A DNA stretch of 61,891 nt, the filler included. It is 3 parts of 3 records of this genome, joined end to end, with 100 filler letters (N's around TTAATTAATTAA, not from the genome) between each part and the next. Parts side by side here need not be neighbours in the genome. Positions count along the whole stretch, not along the records: positions 1 to 31,069 come from SRR31156797_2156; positions 31,170 to 50,784 come from SRR31156797_2159; 1 more part is not named here. The stretch is one strand, 5' to 3'. Positions 30,757 through 40,457 of the stretch are shown piece after piece. The notes under the pieces are model-generated. The model was not told the DNA's origin and did no database searches. It was given only the letters and a program-made list of their open reading frames with translations. Within the stretch, counting starts at the first letter, position 1. Every line of letters starts with the position of its first letter. A program made the translations under genes and the position numbers.

Positions 30757-30965
30757 CTGTCACTCCGTATGCCAAGTGGGAAAAATCTGTCTGCTATGTT
30801 TCCGCCAGTTAGTTGCTATCGCTAATGGTAAGTTGAAGAACGATTCTAAGTATAGTTAGTGCAATATGTGCTCAGGTTGGCACAATATCTTCCAAGCAAG
30901 ATTATCGGCACCAAAAAGAAAAGGAGATTAATCTAACTGATTGATCTCCTTCGGTAATCCCAACG

Positions 30966-31001
30966 AAAAAAGGCTTACAACAATGAATGCTGTAAGCCTT
31001 T
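30966..31001 (-). terminator. Terminator after tRNA-Pro
   Basis: AAAAAAGGCTTACA...TGTAAGCCTTT. Confidence 0.7.
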
Positions 31002-31009
31002 GAATTTAC

Positions 31010-31069
31010 TGGTCGGGGCAGGATGATTTGAACACCCGGCATCTTGCTCCCAAAGCAAGCGCGCTACCA
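31010..31069 (-). tRNA. tRNA-Pro(UGG), 5' end cut off by contig end
   Basis: Minus strand TGGTAGCGCG-CTTGC-TTTGGGA-GCAAG...GTTCAAATC...CCCCGACCA; anticodon TGG, T-loop, encoded CCA. Confidence 0.9.
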
Positions 31070-31169
31070 NNNNNNNNNNNNNNNNNNNNNNNNNNNNNNN
31101 NNNNNNNNNNNNNTTAATTAATTAANNNNNNNNNNNNNNNNNNNNNNNNNNNNNNNNNNNNNNNNNNNN
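31070..31169. other. Artificial contig spacer
   Basis: N44-TTAATTAATTAA-N44; gene content and composition differ on each side. Confidence 0.98.
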
Positions 31170-31221
31170 CATGACAAATTCACGCTAATCCGCGATGAGG
31201 CAAAAAAATTAAGGTAAAACT

Positions 31222-32022
31222 ATGCTAACGGAATTTCAGTGGTTTTCGTTGTTCATCATTCTGGCCTGTACATTCGCGGGCGGCTTCATGCCGCTTTTTC
31301 ATACCGAAAGGGCCAGGAAGCTGCACGGCTTTCCCATGGGGCAGGCCTTTGGCGCAGGGGTCTTTCTGGCGCTCTCACTGACCATGATGCTGCCGAGCGC
31401 ATCCCATCTGTTCTCCCATGCATTCCCCGAACACGACTTTCCATTGGCGTCGGTCATGGCCATTTCAGCCTTTCTTTTTTTGCTGCTCATCGAACAGGGT
31501 GTTGAGCAACTGCAACATTCCAGGGAAAAGAAAACAGGGGAGCCCAATTCTCCCATTATCCCCGTCATCATGACCTGTATGATTGCCGTTCCATCCTTTT
31601 TTCTGGGAACGGCTCTCGGCATCAGCAATACCGAGGCGGCCGTTTTTATCCTCATCGCCATTTTAGCCCACAAATCATCCGCCGGGTTTGCCCTGGCCCT
31701 CAAAATGGTCAGAAGCACCCTTTCCCGGAGCAAGGTGTTTTGGCTCTTTATCATGTTTGCCTGTGCAACGCCCGCGGGCATTGTTGTGGGCCAGCACCTG
31801 CACGCCATGCTGGGGATCCATGTCATGCTGATGGTGAAAGCCTTTGTGCTCTCCATCGCCTCCGGTGTATTTCTTTACATGAGCACCCTTCATGAGCTTA
31901 AGGATACCCCTCTGATTGTGGATTGCAGCAGCCGGAAAGGGTTCGCCGTGGCCGTTTCAGGTTTTGCCCTCACGGCCCTGGTGCGACTGCTCATCGGTGA
32001 AGCCCATCGGTTGGGAGGATAA
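31222..32022 (+). CDS. ZIP-family metal (zinc/iron) transporter
   Basis: [32 protein letters not shown]; about 8 TM segments. Confidence 0.85.
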   Translation: MLTEFQWFSLFIILACTFAGGFMPLFHTERARKLHGFPMGQAFGAGVFLALSLTMMLPSASHLFSHAFPEHDFPLASVMAISAFLFLLLIEQGVEQLQHSREKKTGEPNSPIIPVIMTCMIAVPSFFLGTALGISNTEAAVFILIAILAHKSSAGFALALKMVRSTLSRSKVFWLFIMFACATPAGIVVGQHLHAMLGIHVMLMVKAFVLSIASGVFLYMSTLHELKDTPLIVDCSSRKGFAVAVSGFALTALVRLLIGEAHRLGG

Positions 32023-32060
32023 AAAATATCATTTGTGATGGAAGGGGCATTTTAACCAAC

Positions 32061-33836
32061 ATGATCCGACTGTTTTCCCTCATAACGGTTATGATTCTCT
32101 CTTATTTTTGCCCGGCCCGTGGGGCGGAGACGGGTCCAAAGACCGCCGCCAGAGCGGAAGCGGAGAGCTACTGGGTAACCACGGCCGGGAATGACACCAC
32201 CGGGGACGGCTCCGCCCTGAAACCGTGGAGCACCATAACGCACGCCCTTGGCCAGGTGCCCGACGGAACCACCATTTCAGTGGGACCGGGGACCTACACG
32301 GGGAGGGTGAGTTTAACCGGGAACTTTGCCCAAGGGGTCACGGTCCTTTCCCGGCCCCTCTACCAGGCCCGCCTTCGAAACGACGGCACGGTGGTCATCT
32401 GTTTCTACGGCCGGGGCATCACCCTGGAAGGGTTCGACATCGCCCATTCCGGCCCGGGAGGAGGCGCCCTGGTGATTCAGATCCAGGACCTGATCGGACC
32501 TCCCGGAGGCGATGAATATGTGTCCCGCATCACCCTTAGAAACAATATCCTGCACGACAGCTACAACAACGACATCCTGAAAATCAACAATGGGGCGGGG
32601 AATATTACGGTTGCGGGGAACCTCTTCTACAATCAAACGGGCCGGGATGAACATGTGGACATCAACAGCGTCACCCATGTTACCCTTCAGGACAACATCT
32701 TCTTTAACGATTTCGCGGGGAGCGGCCGGATTAACGGTAACGACACCGGCAGCTTTGTGGTCATCAAGGACAGCAACGGGGACAGCGACAGCAACCTGGG
32801 GAGCCGTAATATTGTTGTCAGGCGGAACATCTTCCTCAACTGGGAGGGATCCACGGGAAGCAACTTCGTGCTGGTGGGGGAAGACGGCAAATCGTACTTC
32901 GAGGCCCGGGACGTGCTGGTGGAAAACAATCTGATGCTGGGAAATTCCATTCATGTCATGCGGGCGCCCTTCGGGGTCAAGGGAGGGCGGGACATCACCT
33001 TCCGAAACAACACGGTGGTGGGTGACCTGCCGTCCTATGCCTATGCCATGCGGCTCAACACGGAAGGGGAGAACCCGCCCAACGACAATATCCTTTTCTA
33101 CAACAATATCTGGTCTGATCCCACCGGCACCATGGGGGCGGAAAACCCTTCGAGACCCAATGATTTTTCGGACACGCCCAAAGAAGAGACCCTCGCCTTT
33201 GCCCTGAACATCAATCTCTACTGGAACGGGGGCCAGCCCATTCCGTGGGACGGAGATGAAAAAATCAATTATACGGACGATGCCGGAGCGGTCATGGATG
33301 ATCCCCTCCTGAAGGGACAGACCGGGTTGATCCCGCCCCGGTGGAACCCCGGGGAAAACCGCTTCGGGGACGGTTCCACCACCATCAGACAGGCCTTTGC
33401 GGCCCTGGTCACCCGATACGGCGCCCTTGGCGCGGGGAGTCCCGCCTTGGACAGGGCCGATGCGGCCCATGCCCCTGCCCACGACATCTTGGGGAACCCC
33501 CGGTCCCTTGGGGCCGCCGTCCCCGACCTGGGGGCATATGAACTTCAGAGCACACCCCTGGTGGTGTACGTGTCGCCGGATGGTTCCTGCGACGGACGGA
33601 TCCCCTGTTATGGAAAGCTTCAGGAAGGGATGGATCATCCACATGCCGTTTTTACCATCCGGGTGGCCCAGGGCACCTATGATGAAAATGTAACATTGAA
33701 TGAAACCAAAGAGATCACCCTTCAGGCCGGATGGGATTCAACCTTTTCCGAACAAACCCCTCACGTAACCGTGATCCGCGCCCCCACGGTTACAAAAGGG
33801 AGTATCACCCTTCAGAACCTCATCATCAAACCATAA
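32061..33836 (+). CDS. Secreted right-handed beta-helix protein with a small C-terminal domain
   Basis: Signal peptide, [17 protein letters not shown], repeated xRNNx strands, PDLGAYE motif. Confidence 0.8.
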   Translation: MIRLFSLITVMILSYFCPARGAETGPKTAARAEAESYWVTTAGNDTTGDGSALKPWSTITHALGQVPDGTTISVGPGTYTGRVSLTGNFAQGVTVLSRPLYQARLRNDGTVVICFYGRGITLEGFDIAHSGPGGGALVIQIQDLIGPPGGDEYVSRITLRNNILHDSYNNDILKINNGAGNITVAGNLFYNQTGRDEHVDINSVTHVTLQDNIFFNDFAGSGRINGNDTGSFVVIKDSNGDSDSNLGSRNIVVRRNIFLNWEGSTGSNFVLVGEDGKSYFEARDVLVENNLMLGNSIHVMRAPFGVKGGRDITFRNNTVVGDLPSYAYAMRLNTEGENPPNDNILFYNNIWSDPTGTMGAENPSRPNDFSDTPKEETLAFALNINLYWNGGQPIPWDGDEKINYTDDAGAVMDDPLLKGQTGLIPPRWNPGENRFGDGSTTIRQAFAALVTRYGALGAGSPALDRADAAHAPAHDILGNPRSLGAAVPDLGAYELQSTPLVVYVSPDGSCDGRIPCYGKLQEGMDHPHAVFTIRVAQGTYDENVTLNETKEITLQAGWDSTFSEQTPHVTVIRAPTVTKGSITLQNLIIKP

Positions 33837-34467
33837 AACACACATTAAAAAGGGATTGATACCAAGCTGGCATGCCATATACGGCAACCGACGATCCTTT
33901 TTTTAATAATTCAGATGCCAATTCATGGGATGCCATGACCCGGAACAGGGGATACAAGGGGTTTTTTCTATAAAGATCCAGACATTGCATATGCATCTGC
34001 TCAGAAAAAGCGGTCGAGCAATCCTCGACAATGACAGCTTTAAAATTATGGCACACGGCATCCATTGCAGTGGTCAGGACACAAAAATTGGTGGCAATCC
34101 CGGCAACAGCACAAAGGGTGATCTGCCGGTCTCTGAGAATATTTTCAAGACCGGTATCAAAAAAGGCTGAAAACCTCGGTTTGGGAAGCCAGAGATCTTC
34201 GGATACCATGTCAAGATCAGCCACAACTTCCGCACCTTGGGTCCCCTTGATGGCGTGGGGGTGCATTTTGCCTGTAAAGAGAAAATCATCCTCTGAAAAG
34301 GCATCGGTTGAAAAAATAACGGGAAATCCTTTTTCACGAAACCCTTTGATCAAAAGATTGATCCGGGGAATAATTTTTCTGGCCAGAGGGGTTATGGGAT
34401 AATGATTTTCATCCTTAAAATAATCTTCTACCATATCAATGATCAACAATGCCGGTTTTTCTGTCAT
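33826..34467 (-). CDS. Isochorismatase-family cysteine hydrolase
   Basis: [22 protein letters not shown]. Confidence 0.9.
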   Translation of the reverse strand: MTEKPALLIIDMVEDYFKDENHYPITPLARKIIPRINLLIKGFREKGFPVIFSTDAFSEDDFLFTGKMHPHAIKGTQGAEVVADLDMVSEDLWLPKPRFSAFFDTGLENILRDRQITLCAVAGIATNFCVLTTAMDAVCHNFKAVIVEDCSTAFSEQMHMQCLDLYRKNPLYPLFRVMASHELASELLKKGSSVAVYGMPAWYQSLFNVCFMV

Positions 34468-35023
34468 GACCGCTCCTTTGGGATTTTTTTTTAATGATAA
34501 GGGAAACCCATGGCAAGGGGCTGATGAACCCTTGCCGTGGGGAATCGGAGTGATTTTTCTTATCTTAGGCTGTCGGACACATATAAATCCACCAAAATAA
34601 CGGTATAATAATAACGGCGATCTGATCGAAACTCAAAATTCGAGCAGATCAGATGAAGATATCAGGAGTATTTTAGTGGCATAAATTTCGTGAAAATCGG
34701 TCTTGAAATGGGATCCACTTAAATAATAACACATGCGGTGGTTCCTTTTTCTTGACCCAGAAGCCGATTTTCGCTATGCTTTTTGCTGAAAAAAGGATGT
34801 CTTATCGTCTATAGATATCCACTGCATTTATCTCGACCTCCTTCTGAATTCGATTTCTATTGTTCCGGCAGCACCTGGAATCCGCTGAATGCACCCTCGC
34901 TTGTAACGCTGAAGAAGTTGTTACATGGTGTCAGAACCGCTTTTGAACGAATTGCGGGAGAGCGGTTAAGCTCGAATCGGTACTGAATCAAATTGCTGTA
35001 TTGCCGAATTTCGTGACGTGTGA

Positions 35024-35095
35024 ATGACCGATGTTGACAATAAAGTTATGGTGGTGATCGCCCATCGGTTATGGACCATGCAAAACGTCGAACAG
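35024..35095 (+). pseudogene. Fragment of an ABC ATPase C-terminus
   Basis: NKVMVVIAHRLWTMQNV resembles the IAHRLSTI switch motif; no upstream ABC domain. Confidence 0.35.
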
Positions 35096-35232
35096 GGGTT
35101 GTTCTCAATCAGGGACCCATTACGGAACAGGGATCATGGGGGATGCTTCAATAGGGGAGAGAAAAGCGTCTTCCCTCGGATTAACCGTCATATCAAGACA
35201 GAAAAGCCGTCAGCGAACTTGGCACATTCATT

Positions 35233-36132
35233 ATGGCGACATACCATCACGTTATATTCGGTTTGGGCATCGAATCCGAGATCAAGTTATATGATCTGCC
35301 GATTCAAAAATGTGAACCGGATGTCGTGATTCAATACGGCAAGGTTCCGGATAGCCTGCCCGAACCGAAAGCAAAGGGTGTCCTCTACGAGGCCTCGCCG
35401 AACGCGTTCCTTTTAAAGATGGATCGTGTTGCCCGCTATTATGTCAGCGGCGGCAACCGTATCATTATCGAACCGGATCAAATGGGTCATACGGAAGATA
35501 TGCTGCTCTTTCTTATGGGATCAGCCATGGGGGCGCTACTACATCAGCGTAACATTTTGCCCCTGCACGGAAGCGCCGTGAAGGTGAACGGGAAAGGCGT
35601 TCTTTTTTCGGGTCCATCGGGCGCCGGCAAATCGACCCTGGCGGCCGGGTTCCATAAACAGGGCCACCCGGTGATAGCGGATGATATTTGCTCCCTCTCC
35701 GTCGAAAGCAACGGCCGGGCCAGGGTGGTTACCGGTCTCCCCCATCTCAAATTGTGGGCCGATGCCCTCAACAAACTGGAAACCGATCCAGCCAACTTAA
35801 ATCCAGTGCGGCATAACGGGAAGATAAAAAAATTCTATCTGCCCGCGGACCGGATTTGTGATACCCCGATCCCCGTTCAATCCGTTTTTGTCCTCGGAAC
35901 CACCAATACGGACCGGTTAGAGATCAAGCAGTTGAACGGGATGGATAAGGCGCAGACCCTTATCAAGAACACCTTCAGGATGAATTTTCTCAAAGGGCTT
36001 GGCGGAAAGGAGAAACACTTCGAGACCTGCGCGAAGGTTGCGGCGAAAACATCCATATTCAAGGTTACACGACCCAAAAGTCCTTTTCTTTTGAATGAAC
36101 TGATGGAACTTGTTGCGGACAAACTACCATGA
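35233..36132 (+). CDS. HPr-kinase-related lasso peptide kinase (PadeK-like)
   Basis: LHGSAV, GPSGAGKSTLA, IADD motifs; lasso cluster context. Confidence 0.85.
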   Translation: MATYHHVIFGLGIESEIKLYDLPIQKCEPDVVIQYGKVPDSLPEPKAKGVLYEASPNAFLLKMDRVARYYVSGGNRIIIEPDQMGHTEDMLLFLMGSAMGALLHQRNILPLHGSAVKVNGKGVLFSGPSGAGKSTLAAGFHKQGHPVIADDICSLSVESNGRARVVTGLPHLKLWADALNKLETDPANLNPVRHNGKIKKFYLPADRICDTPIPVQSVFVLGTTNTDRLEIKQLNGMDKAQTLIKNTFRMNFLKGLGGKEKHFETCAKVAAKTSIFKVTRPKSPFLLNELMELVADKLP

Positions 36133-36986
36133 AAGGGATTGCCTGGCTGGCCTCTTATCCCAAATCCGGCAATACCTGGTTTCGGGTTTTCTTGGCCAAC
36201 CTGCTTCAAAAATACGAAGCGCCTGCATCCATCAACACGCTGGAGTTGACAACCATTGCAAGCACAAGGGGGATTTTCGATGACAGTGTGGGTATCGAAT
36301 CATCGGATCTTACAATGGATGAAATCGAAAGGCTTCGCCCCCAAGTGTATATCCATCTGGCCGCAACCGCTGATGAAACACTATTCTTGAAAGCCCATGA
36401 CGCATATACCCATATTGATGAAAACACACTGTTATTCCCGGTTCAGGCGACCTTCGGGGCTGTCTATTTTATTCGCAATCCGCTGGATGTGGCGGTCTCC
36501 TTTGCACATCACCTGGGAGTTGATTATGACACGGCGATCTCAACAATGGCCGATGGAACCTGTAGCTTTTGTGATCACCATGACAGGCTTCCGAATCAAC
36601 TCCGCCAGAGGCTCCTCTCCTGGAGCGGTCACGTCCTGAGTTGGACGGAGGCGAAAATACCGACCTGTGTCCTGAAATATGAAGACATGAAAAATAAGCC
36701 GTTTAAGACCTTTGAAAGGGCTGCCCGCTTCTTGGGACTGAAACACGGAAAAAGCCGGATTCAAAAGGCCTTGTCATTAAGTCTATTTGAAGAGCTGCAA
36801 CGCCAGGAAATGGTAGAAGGTTTCAGGGAAAAGAGCCCGAAAACCAAATTGTTTTTTCGAAAAGGTGACGTCGGCTCATGGCGGGAGGAGTTGATTGAAG
36901 AGCAGGTGAAACAGATCATAAATGACCATGGAGAAGTCATGCATCGCTTCGGCTATCTCGGCGGGGATGGTGAAATCGTCTATTAA
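36129..36986 (+). CDS. PAPS-dependent sulfotransferase
   Basis: WLASYPKSGNTW (5'-PSB), IRNPLDVAVS (3'-PB), FFRKGDVGSW; ATGA overlap with kinase. Confidence 0.9.
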   Translation: MKGIAWLASYPKSGNTWFRVFLANLLQKYEAPASINTLELTTIASTRGIFDDSVGIESSDLTMDEIERLRPQVYIHLAATADETLFLKAHDAYTHIDENTLLFPVQATFGAVYFIRNPLDVAVSFAHHLGVDYDTAISTMADGTCSFCDHHDRLPNQLRQRLLSWSGHVLSWTEAKIPTCVLKYEDMKNKPFKTFERAARFLGLKHGKSRIQKALSLSLFEELQRQEMVEGFREKSPKTKLFFRKGDVGSWREELIEEQVKQIINDHGEVMHRFGYLGGDGEIVY

Positions 36987-37196
36987 CACGTATAATCAGG
37001 CATTTCACCGCTGAGTCGCGGATGACGAAGGTGTCATTATGATTATTGAATGTCCCATAAGAGACCGGAAGAATCAGCAATCAAATTATGAATCGTTATG
37101 GGTTGGATGGGTTCGCCCAAGAGGAAAGGATAGAGGGCAACATCTCCTTTAACGGTTCCGGACTTCCTGAATGAAGACAACTTGACAGGGGGGAAT

Positions 37197-37502
37197 ATGA
37201 CATCGGAGAGGATTCCAACAGTTACACTGAATACCGTTGTATGCCGGAGTGACGATATCATTAGCACCAAGATCGAAGATGAGGCGGTCATGATGAGCAT
37301 TCAAAAAGGGAAATATTTCGGCATGGATGATATCGCCAGCCGCATATGGGAATTGATCAAAACACCCTGCAAAGTAAAGGACCTGATTAATACCCTGATT
37401 GCGGAATACGCCGTGGATCACATAACATGTGAGCAGGATATTGTGCCGTTTTTGGAACAGTTATTGACAGAAGGTATTGTTGGCGTCGATACCCCAAGTT
37501 GA
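37197..37502 (+). CDS. Lasso peptide RRE, PqqD-family chaperone (B1)
   Basis: EAVMMSIQKGKYFGMDDIASRIWELI...EYAVD...CEQD. Confidence 0.9.
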   Translation: MTSERIPTVTLNTVVCRSDDIISTKIEDEAVMMSIQKGKYFGMDDIASRIWELIKTPCKVKDLINTLIAEYAVDHITCEQDIVPFLEQLLTEGIVGVDTPS

Positions 37503-37662
37503 GAGATTCCATCTTGCGGGCAAGAAAACCGCCTTCCGCCGAATGACCCTCCATCTTTCAGGTAACGCTTTGTTGGACTTCAATATCTTTTTTTTATGCT
37601 GCAATACCAAATGCTTGTCCTAAAGGAAAGGGTCTTTTCTTCAGGAATCACCCAGCCCAAGT

Positions 37663-37842
37663 CTAAGAAGAATATTGATAGGCAGTTCCATCTGTGTATC
37701 CGTCTCCTCCTGAAAAAGTATCTTCCATATGCAGAACTTTCGACTTCGGCTTATGCCAAGTCCGTTTAAAACCGGGATGCTTTTCTCCATCTTTCGACAA
37801 GGCATGGTCTTTTTTGGTTTGTTTGTTTGTCATATCAGACAT
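37663..37842 (-). CDS. Paeninodin-type lasso peptide precursor, 59 aa (MSDMTNKQTKKDHALSKDGEKHPGFKRTWHKPKSKVLHMEDTF-SGGDGYTDGTAYQYSS)
   Basis: Manually translated; AAGGAGGG RBS 6 nt upstream; WxxP..VL leader motif, Thr at -2, Asp8 acceptor, C-terminal Ser; directly downstream of the cyclase. Confidence 0.88.
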   Translation of the reverse strand: MSDMTNKQTKKDHALSKDGEKHPGFKRTWHKPKSKVLHMEDTFSGGDGYTDGTAYQYSS

Positions 37843-37920
37843 CTGTAGCCCTCCTTGTAGGCGCCTGTTGCAGATTGCAGGCGTTTGAACATATCCCCAT
37901 TCCTTTTGGAAAATGGTAAT

Positions 37921-39852
37921 TCATTGAAATTTTGTTAGAAAAAGTCCAATATCCAAGCCTCTCATCAATAGAAGCCTGGCCTGTTTCGCTGATTCTTGAT
38001 TAAGATGATAGCGAACCATGGCCAAGGTGGTCCACATGCGCGGCAGGTCCAGTATTTCACGGGCCAAGTCATTTCGTTCCAACTTTTTAAGAGCCGCAGC
38101 AATCTTATCATAATGTTTACAGATGCGTTGGCAGATGTCAGCACTTTGAAGGCCTCTTTTCGAATCAAACAATACCTTATGCGGGAGACGACCAGCCATG
38201 GCTCTTCTGATGAGCCATCGGGTTTGACCTTTATGGATATATTGATCCACGGGGATGCCCATGCAAAATTCCAATATCCTTTTGTCAGATGTTGGATCGC
38301 GTATTTCCATCCCATACCCGGCACCGAATGCTTGATACTTGACCAGCGAGGGACAACGACCCGGACGGATTATGGCGTAACGGTTCCGGATTGGATTATG
38401 AAGGATTCTGTTGGCGGGATCATATCCCCGGCTGTACATTAGACGGGTCAACTTCAACCGCTTGGCAAAGTCAGGGTTTAACGCGCTATTTGCGGCCCAG
38501 GGTTCATTGCCGTCCAGTCCGTAACGCATTTGATTGATTGCCCGCCAAGGCAGCATCGGCCGAATCACTTGCCCTAAAAACATCCTCACCGATCGCTTGG
38601 TGTATTTGCCGTCCTTATCTTTCAGTTCGGACAACAACCTGCCCCAGTCTCCCTTTCGGAACAATTCGGACAACCACCCCGTACCATTCCAAGAGATGGT
38701 GCCGTTACCTTTGTTCCCCGTTAAAAGGGAATCGACCCCCATTCGCCGCGCCAGAGCCATACGCGATATCAGCCATGGATAATTGGATGCGCTCGTACCG
38801 GGTTCGTCCCACAGCTCATGCATCCGTAATATGGCCGAGACCGGACTGACATGTTTTCCGGTTACATAGTGGAGATCCACGTTGCCTATATGGCGGCAGG
38901 TTGCCTCGATACACGGCGTTTCATCACCCCGATGGGTGGGAGACAGGGCGGAATCAAGATTGTACCCCGGCACGGCGCCGAAGGCGGCCAAACGGCGATC
39001 CCGTGCCGCCAATTCCTTTGCGGCAACCGCGGCTATGGATCCCGAATCCAGCCCCCCGCTCAGGCTTATGCCGATTTTGAACCTGCTTCGAAGCCTACAG
39101 CGAACCGCCTCTTCGAAAACTTCCGTAAAAGCGTGAACATAATCCTCATCCTTTTTGAATCGGATTTGGGGGCAGTCTTCCAGACGCCAGTACTGCTCCA
39201 TCCGTTCACCGTCATCCCCTACGAGCAAGCGATGGGCGGGCAGAAGTTGGTCAATATGGTTATGGCATGTTTTTGAACCGATCCCGCTTGGCCACCGTGC
39301 GCAGAGCTGTGCGATCGAAAGAAGATCAGGTCTTTTTTCCACCCACGGCAGGGCCAGCAATCCCTTCAAGCTCGAGGCAAATGCAAAAAGAGGCCCCCTT
39401 CGCAAAAAATAGAGGCCCGTATTGCCGCAATGATCCCGGGTCAAGAGCAGACGTTTCCCTTTGACATCCCAGAGGGCAAAGGCCCAGTCTCCCAAAAGAT
39501 GCGAAACACAGTTCATCCCCCATTTCTCATGGGCGGCCAGGATCAGGTCGCTGTCGGGGATATGGCTGGCTTCGCGCCATGGAAGACCCAGGGTTTCGAA
39601 TAGGTCTTCTCGGTTGTCGATCCTGGCCCTGGCCGTGAGGATTACGGTGTTTCCCGCATCGGCCCTGGGCATGCGGTCCCCCACTGCCTCGGGGGTATTA
39701 TGGGTCATCAGGTGCCCCAGACCGATGCAACCCCGGGTCCATATGTCTGAGCCATCCAATCCCCAGTACGACATCGCATTGCGCATGCGGATTAAATCAT
39801 CCCTATCCACCGGTTGATTGTCCGATCGGTATATGCCGAATATGCCGCTCAT
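37921..39852 (-). CDS. Lasso peptide cyclase (asparagine synthetase-like, C protein)
   Basis: MSGIFG (no glutaminase Cys), LSGGLDSGS ATP motif, RDPTSDKRILEFC, RRAMAG. Confidence 0.88.
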   Translation of the reverse strand: MSGIFGIYRSDNQPVDRDDLIRMRNAMSYWGLDGSDIWTRGCIGLGHLMTHNTPEAVGDRMPRADAGNTVILTARARIDNREDLFETLGLPWREASHIPDSDLILAAHEKWGMNCVSHLLGDWAFALWDVKGKRLLLTRDHCGNTGLYFLRRGPLFAFASSLKGLLALPWVEKRPDLLSIAQLCARWPSGIGSKTCHNHIDQLLPAHRLLVGDDGERMEQYWRLEDCPQIRFKKDEDYVHAFTEVFEEAVRCRLRSRFKIGISLSGGLDSGSIAAVAAKELAARDRRLAAFGAVPGYNLDSALSPTHRGDETPCIEATCRHIGNVDLHYVTGKHVSPVSAILRMHELWDEPGTSASNYPWLISRMALARRMGVDSLLTGNKGNGTISWNGTGWLSELFRKGDWGRLLSELKDKDGKYTKRSVRMFLGQVIRPMLPWRAINQMRYGLDGNEPWAANSALNPDFAKRLKLTRLMYSRGYDPANRILHNPIRNRYAIIRPGRCPSLVKYQAFGAGYGMEIRDPTSDKRILEFCMGIPVDQYIHKGQTRWLIRRAMAGRLPHKVLFDSKRGLQSADICQRICKHYDKIAAALKKLERNDLAREILDLPRMWTTLAMVRYHLNQESAKQARLLLMRGLDIGLFLTKFQ

Positions 39853-39885
39853 CTCGCGTCAATGCATTTCAGGGCACCGCCCTGA

Positions 39886-40446
39886 TCAGGGCCTTGGTGG
39901 CATGACGCCAGACTGAGCGATACAAAAATTCAGGCCCAAATATGGCTGACGGTTCAAATGGGCCCGACTTTCCCCGGCAGTCGCCATGGCGCTGGCGGAC
40001 ATTCGAACCTTTTTTTGGTCGTCGAAAACACAGAAGCTAAACGCATTGTCTCCATCCTCGTCTTCATCTGTTTTATTTCTTTGTATTTGAGCCGGATAGA
40101 CATTGCTGTCGGGTAAAGGCTTATTAGACGCAGATATAACCGCCCTCGGGGTATGGTCATGTTTGGGCAAGTTGGCTTCCGTCAATTTTACGGATGCGGA
40201 GCCGAACGATTGTCCGATGGCCCGATCCGTAAGGCCAGAGCCCTTGCCCCGGTGCATGGGGGTTCGCCCCTGCAGATTCGGAAGGGCAAAGTTTATTCTC
40301 CCGTCTCCGCCGTAAATATTTCCGATAATATTAAACAGTGAGGAGTTTTGAGATATTGGCATGATTTGTCCATTGCACCAAGCCCAGCCACGGGGTGGAA
40401 AGGTGTACGGAAAGATACGGATTTCACCGATAAATGGTTCCGCCAT
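39886..40446 (-). CDS. Phage tail-collar domain protein (microcystin-dependent/MdpB-like) 3
   Basis: MAEPFIGEIR, PRGWAWCNGQ, YGGDG, FALPNLQGR, LPKHDH, HLNRQP. Confidence 0.9.
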   Translation of the reverse strand: MAEPFIGEIRIFPYTFPPRGWAWCNGQIMPISQNSSLFNIIGNIYGGDGRINFALPNLQGRTPMHRGKGSGLTDRAIGQSFGSASVKLTEANLPKHDHTPRAVISASNKPLPDSNVYPAQIQRNKTDEDEDGDNAFSFCVFDDQKKVRMSASAMATAGESRAHLNRQPYLGLNFCIAQSGVMPPRP

Positions 40447-40457
40447 ATTGGCCTCCT

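Noticed and set aside
30901-30935. Sigma-28 promoter (GCCGATAA, minus strand) for the orphan gene
   Set aside because: Perfect -10 element but no TAAA -35 element at the required spacing
31070-31169. TTAATTAATTAA palindrome inside N-runs (also 50785-50884), and the apparent bacterium-archaeon juxtaposition
   Set aside because: Artificial joiner with stops in all frames; the three contigs are not biologically adjacent, so no gene transfer can be inferred
32313-33644. Long antisense ORFs (also 6522-7448, 10947-11849, 13946-15043, 49341-50765)
   Set aside because: Shadows of well-supported genes on the opposite strand; no motifs or RBS
37088-37174. 28-aa ORF MNRYGLDGFAQEERIEGNISFNGSGLPE before the RRE as a second precursor
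   Set aside because: No RBS, no (Y/W)xxP motif, no Thr at -2
37921-39852. Ordinary asparagine synthetase AsnB
   Set aside because: Lacks the N-terminal catalytic Cys (MSGIFG) and sits with B1, B2 and a precursor
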